From assembly GCA_022813965.1 (NCBI GenBank), contig JALDZS010000001.1:124001-188000 (forward strand): a stretch of DNA of 64,000 nucleotides, given 5' to 3'. Under the pieces are notes generated by a model. The model was not told the origin of the DNA, did not search any database, and saw nothing but the letters and a program-made list of their open reading frames with translations. Positions 24,476-36,450 of this stretch are shown in pieces. Each line of letters starts with the position of its first letter. Position 1 is the first letter of the stretch. This stretch comes from Toensbergia leucococca. Lineage: Eukaryota. A program made the position numbers and the translations under genes.

Positions 24476-26339
24476 TCAAGCCTGCGTCGCTATCACAGCC
24501 GCCTTGGTCTCTTTCCCACCCGATGCCCTCTGCGTCGCTCTCTCGCCTCTGATGCAATGCTTGACGATCCACGGATGCTGCTGAACCTCGTCTAGCGGAA
24601 TGCGTTTATCGGGATCCAGTACAAGTAGCTAGAGAAAGCATCATTGATTAGCATCATCGCCCAAGGAATTCTTTCCATTATTATTGAATGTCCAAAAAAA
24701 TCCAAAGCAAGAGATGGGAAAAATTCAAAAACATACAACAGCTGGGATTCGCTGGTCGTCACCGACCCAACTACTAATCAGCCGATCTGAGTCTTGTGTA
24801 TGGCAGAGCGGACGGGATGCCCAATTTTCCTCAGTCTATGGTCGTATGTGACGAAAAAGTTCTTCTCACAAAATATATACCACGATTACTGAAACACTCG
24901 GCCTTTCTCTTTTGCTCCTACTTTTCTTGTTTTCGTTATCACCGATGATGACTGGGGTCATAAGACGCCTGACCCGATCCGGCCGACGCCAAACTCTGGT
25001 GGGCAGTCCACCGGCACGATAAATACCTTAGTATGGGAGCCCAACCTTGCCAAGCCACTCGCTATTTTGAGGTTGAAAAACAAGAATCACACATTCACTT
25101 GTGTGATATCACTGACTCTTTCTATAGAACAAAGTATAAAACATAAAAAAAAAAGAATGACGACGTACCCTTTGGATTAAATTCTTGGCTTCAGGACTCA
25201 CGAATCCAGGCACTGCCATCTCCAATCTTGCGATTCTCCTCTGCGTCATTACCATCGTGTCTTCAAATGGCGCTTCCCCGACCAGGAATTCATAGGTCAA
25301 AACACCTAAAGACCACAGATCGACGTGATGGCTATAGAAATTATCTGAGTTTGGTTTGATCATCTCCGGTGGAAGATAATCCAGCGTCCCGCACATGGTG
25401 TTTCTTCGATTGTTGGGTGCATGCACACTCCATCCAAAGTCTGATATTTTGATCTCTCCGTGGATTCCGACGAGGATGTTTTCCGGCTTGATGTCCCGGT
25501 GCATGACATGTTTCTTGTGGAGGTACTTTAGTGCTGCCGCCATTTGAGCGATATACTGTGCTGCTTTCCATTCTGGGAATTTGGTTTCGCGGCGCAAGTG
25601 TTTGTATAGCTCGCCTTTGCCAGCAAATTCGAGGATCAGGAACACGCGCTTACTATCGTGGAAGTGACCATATAGACGGAGGATGTTCGGGTGACGCAGG
25701 TTGCCTTGTATTTCTATTTCTCGTCGTACTTGTTTTTCGACTTTCCCTTGTTGTAGCTCGCTTTTGTGAAGGACTTTGAGAGCGCAGACAAATCCCGTTG
25801 TTCGTTCTTTGGCAAGGTATACTCGTCCGAACTTGCCTTTTCCTAGAGGTTTGCCAATTTCAAACATTCCAAGATGGAACTTCTTTGGCTGCGGTTGCTC
25901 ATATATCGGAGGGTTTGAGAGCCGCTGGATGGCGCTATCGTCAGAAGTCCGTGTGGACGACGAGGTACTGACCCCTTTGCGATTTGGAGAAGAAGCTGGT
26001 GGTAGCATGTTGGAACCTCGCCATTGCGTCGCTTGTGAGACTACATTCACTGTTGTGACGGTCGCAGTATTCGTCTTAGCCTCATTCGTGTTCTGGAGAG
26101 CGAGCTTAAGAAGATTTGAGCGATTTGTATTCGAGTTTAATTGGGCAGAAGAGCCAAGGCCAGAAATCGACATAGCGGTTGATAGGGAACCCTGAGTAAG
26201 TGTTGGTCATGGGTTCCAGTGACTAATTCTTTCAACCACTTACCTTGGATTTCTGGTATTTGAGGCCTCCGTTGAGTGGCTCATTTTCATCGGTGACAGA
26301 CATTCGCTCAAGGCGAGATTCTATGGTTCGAATTGCCAT
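24476..26339 (-). CDS. IPL1: Aurora kinase (Ipl1/Ark1), 3 exons
   Basis: [44 protein letters not shown] and [11 protein letters not shown]. First exon [15 protein letters not shown]. Last exon 24628-24476 ([21 protein letters not shown]...) follows a 540-nt intron at 25168-24629. Confidence 0.95.
24719..24730 (-). terminator. Pol III oligo-T terminator of the 5S gene
   Basis: TTTTGAATTTTT immediately after the 5S 3' end on the minus strand. Confidence 0.75.
24731..24849 (-). rRNA. 5S rRNA (dispersed copy, intronic)
   Basis: 119 nt, ACATACGACCATAG...CCCGTCCGCTCTGCC...TTAGTAGTTGGGTCGGTGACGACCAGCGAATCCC...GTTGTATGT. The ends pair as helix I and a T-run follows. Confidence 0.97.
24874..24879 (-). 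promoter_or_regulatory. TATA element at about -30 to -25 of the 5S gene
   Basis: TATATA about 25-30 nt upstream of +1, the position known for dispersed Neurospora 5S genes. Confidence 0.7.
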
Positions 26340-26822
26340 GTTTGCAGCTGAATTCGAACCTTTGGCCCTGATGATGTTGAAGTAGAAAACTATAGATTAG
26401 CCAACGTTGCTGGCGATAACTTGGTAATTGTTGACAATGATCAATGCATATTCTATCCATAGGGCGAAATTAACCGAGTAGAATAAACATTTGGTTGCTG
26501 AGCAACGCGAAATTGCAGCGCTAGAATACGGATGCTCCCGCTCGCTGACTTAAAAGGTACGAGTACTCCCCGGAGTCTCGGAGCACAGAACCTCAGAAGA
26601 CCTCACGAGCATCCGAGCTTATGTTTCTACAAAAATCTCAGCGTACTGTGACTCTATTTGCTCGAAAAGAAACCTGCAAGTCTCCATTCGAGGCCACAAC
26701 AACAAAGACTAATAGAAATCTACCCCCCCACTCGATCGGAGCTCTCGTGCACCAGTGGGCTTAGCCACTTCAACGACACTTGACTTTGGAATCAAGCAGA
26801 GTCATCCATTCCAGTAATAATT

Positions 26823-27384
26823 CTAGGTCTGCCATTGTAATCCATCGCAAACTTCAGTGCACCACCGCAATCCATGCTTCCCACATCAAAGCCATTCATT
26901 TGCTTCGGTTTGGAGGGGCTTGCCGCGAGGAAGCGACCTAGGAAGCTTGCTGTTGAATAAAATCAGTTGAGTGCTAAAAGGTATAGATAAATGAATTTCT
27001 CACCGTTTGCTTGGATTCATCTACAGGAACATGTCCGCCCTTGATTTTCAAGCCGCTAGAGTTTTCGCCCTGAACTTAGTAGTGGTTGTTTGGATCATTG
27101 TCGCTTGGGTGACCCATGTTCCTGTCTCAGGTCAGCAGCTGAGCCTCGAAAGAAAGAAACAGACTGGCCACATACGTGATAGTAAGCTGTTCCATATTCT
27201 TCATATCGTTCTCATTGAAGAGTTTCCCGCTCTCAAAGGCGGCCATGGTCTTGTTAAGTGCAGCCCTTTTCACTGCATCATCAATCACGTCGGTAAGACG
27301 TATGTAACCTGAGCCCTCCTTAGCCAGGTAGACATTGATGCTTCTGCCGAGCGCCTTGTTGAAGACTGAACCAAGAAGAGACAT
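26823..27384 (-). pseudogene. Small hypothetical protein gene, probably disrupted
   Basis: Exon 1 (MSLLGSVFNK...EQLTI) ends at a GTATGT donor with GCTGAC branch and CAG acceptor. Exon 2 reads NMGHPSDNDPNNHY*VQGENSSGLKIKGGHVPVDESKQT with a TAA at 27076-27078, followed by another apparent intron. The 3' boundary is uncertain. Confidence 0.4.
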
Positions 27385-27617
27385 TTCGTTTGTCTTGAGC
27401 TGGAGCTGACGTTTGATACCAATGGAAAGAGTGCTGTGGCAAAGTATCCTGATATGGTGGCGTCAATGAAATCCTGATTCGAAGACAATTGACGAGGATC
27501 TGGGCAAATCTTGTGGGGACATGAAAGCCCAAATCACCAATGAATCACACTATTGTGAATGAAAACCTCAAATTTAATTTCAACTGCAGCGTAACTACAG
27601 CAGGATCTCTTACTGTG

Positions 27618-28928
27618 CTACGTTCTTACTGAGGTGCTCCCAAGAGCTGCTTGTTTCAAAGCCTGAAATTGGTCCGATGCCAGCGCCTGTGTAGCCGAGG
27701 GCCTTTGCTTTGAATCAAGAACGAATAGATAGCGAAACAGATCCTTCAATTCCGGCGGTATGTTCATGGTCTGCATCTCGTCCTCTAACGATGATACTAA
27801 GACAATCTTCTCATTCGGATTGTCTTTAATGGGAGAACCGATCAGAAGATGACCCAATTTGAAAATGTCCTTCATATATTCGTCGTCGCTGGAAGCCTGG
27901 TCGTTCCAGCTAGGAAAGAGTAGCATAAGCTTTGCAATGCACCAACTTTCCCACGGAACCCCGTATACGTTGCCTGCTGCGCCGAAGACACCAGGCTTGA
28001 TCCAGTCAAACATTGTCACAGCAAATGACCAGATATCAGAGGCGTGGCTACAGCCGCGGCCTTCATAGACCTCAGGAGCGCGCATAGCGACAGGTTGGGC
28101 CGGGCCCATGAAGCTGTCTGAACGCACTGTGTTGTATAAGCATTATTTCATATGGGGACAAATACTATATGCCTACTGAGCCCTAAATCTCCTATTTTGA
28201 CAGTGGGATGGTCTCTGTCAATACCGGAGAGCAGAATATTGGCAGGTTTAATGTCTACTCTAATTAGTGAAGATGAAACCTTCAAGCTTGAATGGTCTAC
28301 CTGTATGAACAAGATTTTCGTCATGTAATGTGGCAAGTCCTGAAAGACCTGCGTGCACTATAGCGTGGAGGAGGGCATACTTCCGTGGGTAATGCTCCCG
28401 GGATACATCTGGCAGAGTGCAGTCCATCCACTCAAGAGCTAGACATGCGGGCTTTTCGCTATCAAGATCCTGGGGATCGCCAATAGTGTCATACATGATC
28501 CGGAAGTCTGTGGATGATGTGATACACTTTCTGCAATAAGCGTTGTATTCCCGCCGCAGGGACTCCTTGGTATCATTGTCATTTGCAGAGGCGGTTTTGA
28601 CGAGAGCCCTGGTTATGGTTCAACGTCAAGAGCTTGCTGTCACTCAGTATGGAATGACAGACCATTTTGCTGGAATGAGGGAATCACTTCCAGGTAGAAT
28701 TCTCGCTTTGAAGACATTAGATTTGTGCACGCCGGTCTTGATAGGCTTAACCAGCCGGTAATTCCACTTCGCTCCCACAAGAGTCTGTCCAACTTCCATT
28801 ACTAGTGTAGTTGGAGGAGCGAGCGATGAAAAAGCTTTCAAGAAGGACAGGTGATTGCGAGGTGAGTGAGCCGTAAAAGCAAATGCTGGCGAGCAATGTA
28901 AGAAAGGATGAGACAAGACACCACGCAT
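27618..28928 (-). CDS. Divergent Ser/Thr protein kinase-like protein (multi-exon)
   Basis: LALEWMDCTL, LVHT|DIKPANILL, VKIGDLG, MRAPEV and SDIWSFAV across about 5 exons. Start codon uncertain (28928 or 28799). Confidence 0.75.
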
Positions 28929-29505
28929 GGTTGAATGTCTACTCGTGGATTTAAGGGAAATGGGCAGCGCAGCACAACAGGCCCATTCAACCCATATGCG
29001 CAGGCAGAAGCTAAGAGCCCGGTCCCATAGGAATATGAATATAGGTGTGAATGAGGCGCGGGACTGACGCATCCAAAATCACATTACGGATGCACGAATG
29101 CTTGAGGCTACTGATACACTGATACCCCTTTTTGATACATTGACTTCTAGAATATCTGGAAAGAACAAGTTCTGTTTCAAAAAACACGCTCTGTTTGAGG
29201 ACAGTTCAAGATAACACATGTTGCCCTCGTTCATGCTCAAGAAATTGTTTTTTTTCTATGACTTAAATTTGTTCCTTTTAAAATTGTGTATGGTTTCTTG
29301 AGATAGGGGCGAGAGGGGCGTCGACTGTGTCGCTGTCCGGATCATCATCTGTTCCGGCCTAGGTAAGCTCAGGCTCGTAAGGTACGGATACCGTAAGTCG
29401 TAAATTTTCGCCTTATCGATAAAACATTCTTTCGAGCCCAATTTACAGTTTCCATCTTAGTGTCAACAATGAACTCATGAGCATCCGCATGATATATATC
29501 ACATC

Positions 29506-30430
29506 ATGGCCTCAAACGGAGGCAATAGCACCAATCCAAGTCATTCATCACCCGCCGATGCGGGCAACTCAATCACCCAACAGGGTTTCAAGATTACGAC
29601 GCGAAAGCTTCCAATCTTGAAAGCTGAACCAATTGAGCAGATGACAGCTAAATTAAAGATCGCAGTTCCGGAAATGATCTTTGGAGACAATCTCATCTCC
29701 ATTGAACACCCTGCTAGCGGATGGGGAATCAATTTCAATACTTTTGATGCGTTGGACCGTGTAGACAAGTCCGGAGCTTCCATGCTGCAAGTGGCCCATT
29801 CCAGAGAATGGCAGAGTAGTAGGTATGTATGTTGCATGCTTCTGAGAGACTAGAATTCACAAGGCTGATAGCTGGCAGGGAGATTAAACACGAAGAAATC
29901 ACCGATGTAGTGAAGCCTTTCGACTGGTCTTATAGCACCGATTACAAAGGTACTCTGCAAATGAGATCTCCAGCATTTGAACCTTCCACTTCTCCAATTC
30001 CTTTGGAGCTCCTCAGGCGGCCTGACCCTATCTTATTTTTTGACGAAGTGATGCTGTACGAGGATGAGATGGCAGACAACGGCATTACCCTTTTCTCTTG
30101 CAAGATTCGGGTTATGCCGGCACGTTTGCTACTGCTTTGCCGCTTCTTCATGCGCCTAGACGGTGTATTGTTGAGAATACGGGATACACGGATATACGTG
30201 GACTTTGCGAAAGGGGAGGTGGTACGGGAGTATGTAGCAAAGGAGGATAGCTATGAGGCTGTGAGACTGGTAGGTTTCCGTGGAGGAGAATTTCTACTGG
30301 GCATAATCTGATTTGGTAGAAACTCGCGACGAAACGGCAAGACGTTCCGGCTCAATTTCGAGATCCAAATGCCCTATCCGACCTTTTACCAGTTGTGGAT
30401 AAAACTCTAGAACGACTAGTCGTCAAGTAA
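29506..30430 (+). CDS. TIP41: TIP41 family PP2A/TOR regulator, 3 exons
   Basis: PEMIFGDN, VVKPFDWSYSTDYKGT, PDPILFFDEVMLYEDEMADNG and RFFMRLDGV. Confidence 0.95.
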
Positions 30431-30737
30431 GGGTTGGCATGCTGGGAAAAGGGGATTGTGCCAACAGTTTGGAACTTAGCGGCTGTTGCATATCCTGGGC
30501 GTTTGACTGGAAACTCTTTCTGGGTCCTGTATTTTATGATATACATGCTTCGATAAGGATGATGATGGACGATTCCAGGAGCTCGTAGATATGAAAGCAT
30601 ATTACTGCATTGGTCGCGTTGGTTCCGCGTCCGTGCACGATGCAAGTGATGACGTCCAAGAACTCAAAGTAGCCCTGAGAAAGCTCAATGCTTGCAACCA
30701 GTCATTTTGAGCATTAACAATCTTCGAACTCAGAGCA

Positions 30738-31889
30738 ATGGCTTCGAGAACAAACTGTGCTGCATCTCTGAACACTCTCCGGCATCAATTGCGTCAGCCC
30801 AGACAAGCACACCCTCCTTTACAATATTATCTACTATTACACAATACTAATCGTCCACATTCTAATATTTTTCACCCCTTCCGCCTCATATCCACAGCGC
30901 CCAAAACCCCAGCAGCGACAGCGAAAATCCCACAGCCCACCGCATCGAAACCCCCACCCCTCTCACAAACACCTCCTCCCGCCCCCTCCAACCCCAATGA
31001 CCCTCCCTCCAAGAATGTCGACTTCAACCGCACCCCTTCAGGAACCAGCAGCCCCCCCGCCTTCAACATCCGAGACGAGCTCCGCAAACGCGCTGGCAAT
31101 TTCACAGAACCTTACATTGCGTACGGAATGTGTGATATACTCGTTCAAGAATGCGCCAGCAAAGCCACCTACACGATCCCGCAAGCGCGGGAGAAAAACG
31201 TCAAGATCCCCCAAACAGAGGACGGAGAAGATCTAGGCGTGGGCACAGGCTGGTGGTATGAAGGTAAGGCGTATACCCACACTGCACTCTTCTCTCCTCC
31301 CCTCCCAACCAGACCATCAATCGCTAACAAACCCCTCCCTCGGGGCACAATTTCAGAACTGGGCCTAATCCCTACCTTCAATACCTGGGCCCAAATCACC
31401 ATGCTGCACATGTACCTCCTCACAGTCCGCATGCGCTGCTTTCCCCCAGCCTACGCCCCAATCTGGCACCAGCAACTCCTCGACCACTTCTTCTACATGG
31501 CCGAAGACCGCATGCTGCTGACGCACAACGTGAGCTCGCGCACCGTGCGCAACAAATACCTCAAGGACCTGTTTGTGCAGTGGCGTGGCTTGCTGGCCGC
31601 GTATGATGAGGGGCTTATGAGGGGCGATGCGGTACTTGCGGCCGCAGTGTGGAGGAATGTTTGGGCGGGGAGGGAAGATGTGGATTTTAGGGGTTTGGGA
31701 GCCGTGGTCGGGTTTATTAGAGGCGGAGTGGCAGATTTGGGGAAGTTGGGGGACGAGGCGATTGCCGGGGGGGATGTTGTTTTTGGGGATCCAGGGGAGC
31801 AAGCGGAGCTGGTGAAAAAGAGGAGTCGGTGGTTGGATAGGCCGTTTGAGGAGGAGGCGAAGACGCCGGGCAAGGGGGCGCAGGGGTAG
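30738..31889 (+). CDS. CBP3: Ubiquinol-cytochrome c reductase chaperone Cbp3
   Basis: PTFNTWAQITMLHMYLLTVRMR, QWRGLLAAYDEGL and DAVLAAAVWRN; Arg-rich presequence-like N-terminus; probable 93-nt intron at 31264-31356. Confidence 0.92.
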   Translation: MASRTNCAASLNTLRHQLRQPRQAHPPLQYYLLLHNTNRPHSNIFHPFRLISTAPKTPAATAKIPQPTASKPPPLSQTPPPAPSNPNDPPSKNVDFNRTPSGTSSPPAFNIRDELRKRAGNFTEPYIAYGMCDILVQECASKATYTIPQAREKNVKIPQTEDGEDLGVGTGWWYEGKAYTHTALFSPPLPTRPSIANKPLPRGTISELGLIPTFNTWAQITMLHMYLLTVRMRCFPPAYAPIWHQQLLDHFFYMAEDRMLLTHNVSSRTVRNKYLKDLFVQWRGLLAAYDEGLMRGDAVLAAAVWRNVWAGREDVDFRGLGAVVGFIRGGVADLGKLGDEAIAGGDVVFGDPGEQAELVKKRSRWLDRPFEEEAKTPGKGAQG

Positions 31890-32394
31890 TAATTTATTTA
31901 TTGAGAAGCGAGGAGTATTTGCTGTATGTTTCTAGATACTTGTGGACAGACATTGTCCGTAGATAGTGGATTCTCGTACAAAGAACCGCCTATAAAACAC
32001 CTTCCCCCTGCCAGTATCAATATGATTCAACTGCACGCCAAATCGACGCGCCCACTACATTCACCGTAGAAGGCTCCATCCATCCATCACTCACACCGAC
32101 TCCCTTTCCTTTTTCACTATCCGTTCGTACACTTCTCTCTTCCTATCCTCCATCCTCACTGATTCCCAATTTCGCACCCGCTCTCACCAGGGCAAAAGAG
32201 CTTTGTTGCTGGTGCCATGGATTGAGGAAAACTATTGGCGGTATAGTGGGGATTTGTGATGAGGGGAAGGACGGGGCATGAATCAGGTGGACTTTTGGTG
32301 GGGAGGGTGGGGATTGTAGTAAGGGGGGAGAATTTTGGATGTGAAGGAGGAAGAGAGGTTGTTTGAGGGGATTGGATGATTTGTTTGTTTTTTT

Positions 32395-32396
<2 letters not shown>

Positions 32397-32425
<29 letters not shown>
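32397..32425 (+). repeat. Poly-G homopolymer (29 nt) preceded by a T-tract
   Basis: Direct count in the sequence. Confidence 0.95.
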
Positions 32426-33486
32426 TGCCGAGATGGTAAGACAGGACTGGTTGAGACGGGATGCGAGATGGATAGTTTTCTTTTTGAAACAAGTGCTGAT
32501 GAGTTTGTCATAGCATAGATCTGTGAAACACGAAAAATTCGGTTCTCTTTTTTGCTCTTGGAACATTGGAAGTGAATGATGCTTGTAGTTTTCGATATTT
32601 GTGGCCCTTTTGATAAGGGTGATGGTTTCCTGCTGTCCTGATGGTGGCTCTTGGCAAAGGTGAAGGAGGTGGTGATGAGACGTCGTTGAATTTTGTGGTG
32701 GTTGGGTTGTGTGCTTGTGGATTCAGCGAGTCGAGTTTATAAGGGGAGGGGAGATTTGGACTGAGATGGATTGGGGCGGTGGTGGTAGGGGAAAGAAAGA
32801 CAAGAGGTCGCGTTTGAAGTGAGCTTTTCTGTATCTGGCTCTGATGGATTGAAGGGGCGGATTTTGTGTTTCGCCCTTGGAGAGTTGGGAAAAGTGCAAC
32901 TTGAGGTGTTGAAGGCAAACACACTATCTTGCAATTCGCTTTTCAAAGGAGATGATCCCACACCTCATTTTTCTTGAACAACGTATGACAGGGGGTGATT
33001 GATGCAGATGAGTTGAATATTACTTGTGCGTAAAGGTGAACACTTATGTACCCTTTGTACGTATAGTAAATGTTCTGACACGGCTCCACCGCTCGTACGA
33101 CCAGCAGATCTCTTGAATACTCAGGCTTCGACGAAGATTTGTCACCTCATGCCATAAATTTCCAATTATTGTGAGCGACGCAAAATCGACCAAGTCAAAG
33201 TTAGAAAGACATAGAGTCGCCCTTTCTATCCTGCTACAATCTGGAGCTTTCCTCAAGAAGGGAAGCTAACTCGCAGAAATATTTATAATTCTCTTCAAAA
33301 TATGTATACAAGGAATATTCGCATCCTGTGAATGGTCTTAGCTAGCAAAATTTAGGATCAACATCGCAAGATCAGAGAATTGTGATACGAGAACACGGAC
33401 CCAGTCCTTCCGAGTCAACTTACATCGACGAGAGGAATCTTATTTACGCCAGCGTAATCTACTGCCCGTAGCCTACAACCAAAGTC

Positions 33487-34590
33487 ATGTTGGGTAATCC
33501 GTATTGGGAGAGGAAAATGAAAAAAATCCTGGACGATAGCGAGAAGATGGCTGATAGCAAGAAGATGGATGATGGAAACGATAAATTACTCACCACTGAT
33601 ACAGTCAAGCAATGGCTTTTGGAACAAGCGATGGCTATGGGAGAGTTTGGATTCCGCACCAACTGGAAACCTGAAGAAGTTTTCTCGCACTGGGCGGTGA
33701 ATGCTGATACAACCGTGGCATCCTCACCTACTTGGGAGCCAGACAGCGATGAGGCGGTTGTTAATGAAGCCGAGGCGCTTGTGGCCGAAAAAGATCTTCT
33801 AATACGACGCATGTATATGATGAATGCGAATCGAACTCTCTTAGCCCAGGTGGAGCTCGAGGTGCACCAGAGCCTTCTTGCGGCTGGTAAGACTCAGGAG
33901 GACATCAACCGTTATATCGCAAACCATGTCAATCTCCGCAAGAAAGTGGTGGACCTTTATAAGCTCGAACATCCGTCCGATTTTCCGTCACCCCAGCACC
34001 AGGAAACAATGCTTGTAATGGTGATCATAGCATGGAAAGACAGCCCGGTGACGAAAAATGTTGTTTTAAATACCCATGCTTCTCTGGAGGAGATACACAG
34101 GGTACTCCTGGAGACGTCTAAGCGTGCTACGGGCACAATCGAGGAGCTCATGGGTATCCGGGCCTGGGAGTACCAGCTCGTCAAAGGCACATGCGAAGAA
34201 CGCTGGGTACCACTTTTGAATGATGCAGACTATCGGAATATGATCAAGCAGGTCGTTGTGAATGACGGGGCGGGTATACAAGCCATACTTAAGCAGGTAC
34301 GCAGACTCCTTTCAATTTTTATCAACGTTAATAGTAATGACGATCGATTCTAGAAGGCTGTAGTAAAGTCGGAGTTTGAGGAATCAGAAGAGCTTGATGG
34401 CAATACAGAAGTGATTATGGATGTAACAGTCAGGAAAGAGACGACCAAGGAAGGGATGATCAGTAACGAGACGACTAAGGTCGAGATGATCAAGGAGATG
34501 GAGTGTCGGGATGATGACTGGGACAAAGAAATCGACTGGTCCAGGGTGGACATGACCAAGATTCGTGGGCCATTCGGGCCAACAGAATGA
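33487..34590 (+). CDS. Hypothetical protein, 2 exons
   Basis: 288-aa ORF with an intron at 34297-34353 (GTACGC..TAG) that joins an open acidic second exon ending GPFGPTE*. No recognised domain. Confidence 0.65.
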
Positions 34591-35343
34591 GGGATTGGTA
34601 GCTATACACTCGTAGCCTTCAGACGTGACACAACAGACAGCTTGTTCAGCTTGAAGGGTTAAGACGTGGAGAAGGTAGCCACGAAATGTCATTTGGGTAC
34701 GAATACGAAGATTACTGTCAGATTAGATCAAGTAATTTGAACCATCATCGACCGAGATGCAAAGCCATACAGAAGTAGCAAGTCATGATCTTGATACAGT
34801 GGAGAAACCACAGGGAAAGCCCTGGGCTTACAACCTTGGAATCAAGTGATGCGCAAGCTGCTCGCTGCAGGTTTCGCCGAGGTATGATACCTCTACTCGG
34901 TCTGCAAGTATTGCTCTATCATCATTCAGCAATTTACGGACAAATTACGAAGATGATGGGCGGTTGTGATATCTTCCTTGGCATGTCCAAATGACGCTAA
35001 CTGCTTGCGAATTTGGCGAGTTGGTGTGATAATGATCCCTGTCCTTTCCCGGAGCAGCCAAAGGAATTTTATAACAACCGCCTTCACCCCCCGCGGAAAG
35101 CCGTCCTCGAAAACATCCCCAATCTGCACAATTTGCACAATTTGCATAAATGTACCAAGCCTTGCACGGAAAGCTTGCACAAAATCACAATTAGGGCTTC
35201 GACTATATCGAGGTGAATCAACCTTCATATTCCAATCATAGCCACCTAAGCCTCCAAAGACTACGACAAACCCGTTCGTAAAGCACTCGTCACCTGACGA
35301 GTTGTTGCCACCCGTCTTGTCAACATTCACAAATCACTTCACA

Positions 35344-36111
35344 ATGGACGACTTAGACAACGCATACTCACCCCAATCACCCGACCTTTCCGCTTACCAT
35401 TCAACCTACTCGGCTGACCATTCATTAAATTATCCCCACCAACCTTCGTATCAAACTTCCTATCCACAATCAGCAAGCTATAACCATCCCCAAACTTATC
35501 CTTCTGCGCAACCCACACAGTTGCCAACCTCCTATTCAACCAACATGATGTCAAGCAACGGGAAACTGAAAAACGAGGTCATTGAGGATGAATGGACTCC
35601 AGAGGCATCAGCACGCACTGCACGGAGAAAACCGAGAAAGCAAATGCCCGAAGAAACCATCGAGAAGTCGGCACCTGGCTCAGGTAATAGAATAGAAGTC
35701 AAGACCAAATTCCCCGTGGCACGCATCAAGCGGATTATGCAGGCCGATGAGGATGTTGGAAAAGTCGCACAGGTCACACCTACAGCTGTTTGTAAGTTTC
35801 TCTTATCTTCAGCTGAAAGCACACCCTAACATTATTTTTGACGCTCAGCCAAGGCGTTGGAACTCTTCATGATCGCCATAGTGACGAGCGCCGCCTTTGA
35901 AGCGAAGATGAAATCTTCGAAACGAATCACTCAGGCCCATTTTAAGCAAGCCTTGATGAAAGACGAGCGATTCGACTTCCTAGCCGACATAATAGCCAAT
36001 ATTCCTGACGCACCCGCGCCAAAGAAGGAAGAAGACAGTGAGGAGATTGGAGAAGGGAAGAAGAAAAGGGGTGCTACTCGAAGGAAGAAGAGGGACAGTG
36101 ACGATCTGTAG
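35344..36111 (+). CDS. BUR6: NC2 alpha (Bur6/DRAP1) histone-fold transcription cofactor, 2 exons
   Basis: [34 protein letters not shown] and FDFLADII. Confidence 0.93.
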
Positions 36112-36450
36112 TATCTATTTAGATTAATGGCTGGCTTGCCTTTCTTGCTCCGATTTCTGGCATACTTGTGACGTTGCATTCTTGAGCGTTCATATCTGAT
36201 GTTGCGAAAGATGGTGCTAGGATATTTAGAGCCTCTAGAGGCTAAGACATTTCTGCAACTAAATCGTTCCCAACCAAATATACCTTACCTAAGCACGCTA
36301 AGGTAGGTGGCCGCTTAGAAGTGACTTTAACCCTTTGAAGTTAGATCTCAATCAATATGGATCAGTACACGTGATGGTGATTCGCGCGGCGCGACATACT
36401 CGTACTCGTACTCGTACCTACACCGCGGCCTTGCTATCCGTCAAATCTTC

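Noticed and set aside
24731..24849. 5S gene as the boundary or target of a Starship-like element
   Set aside because: The 5S copy is uninterrupted, sits in an intron of a conserved gene, and no tyrosine-recombinase captain gene is present in the window.
32143..32961. Several minus-strand Pro-rich ORFs
   Set aside because: By-products of poly-G and G-rich low complexity; no splice model or recognisable motif.
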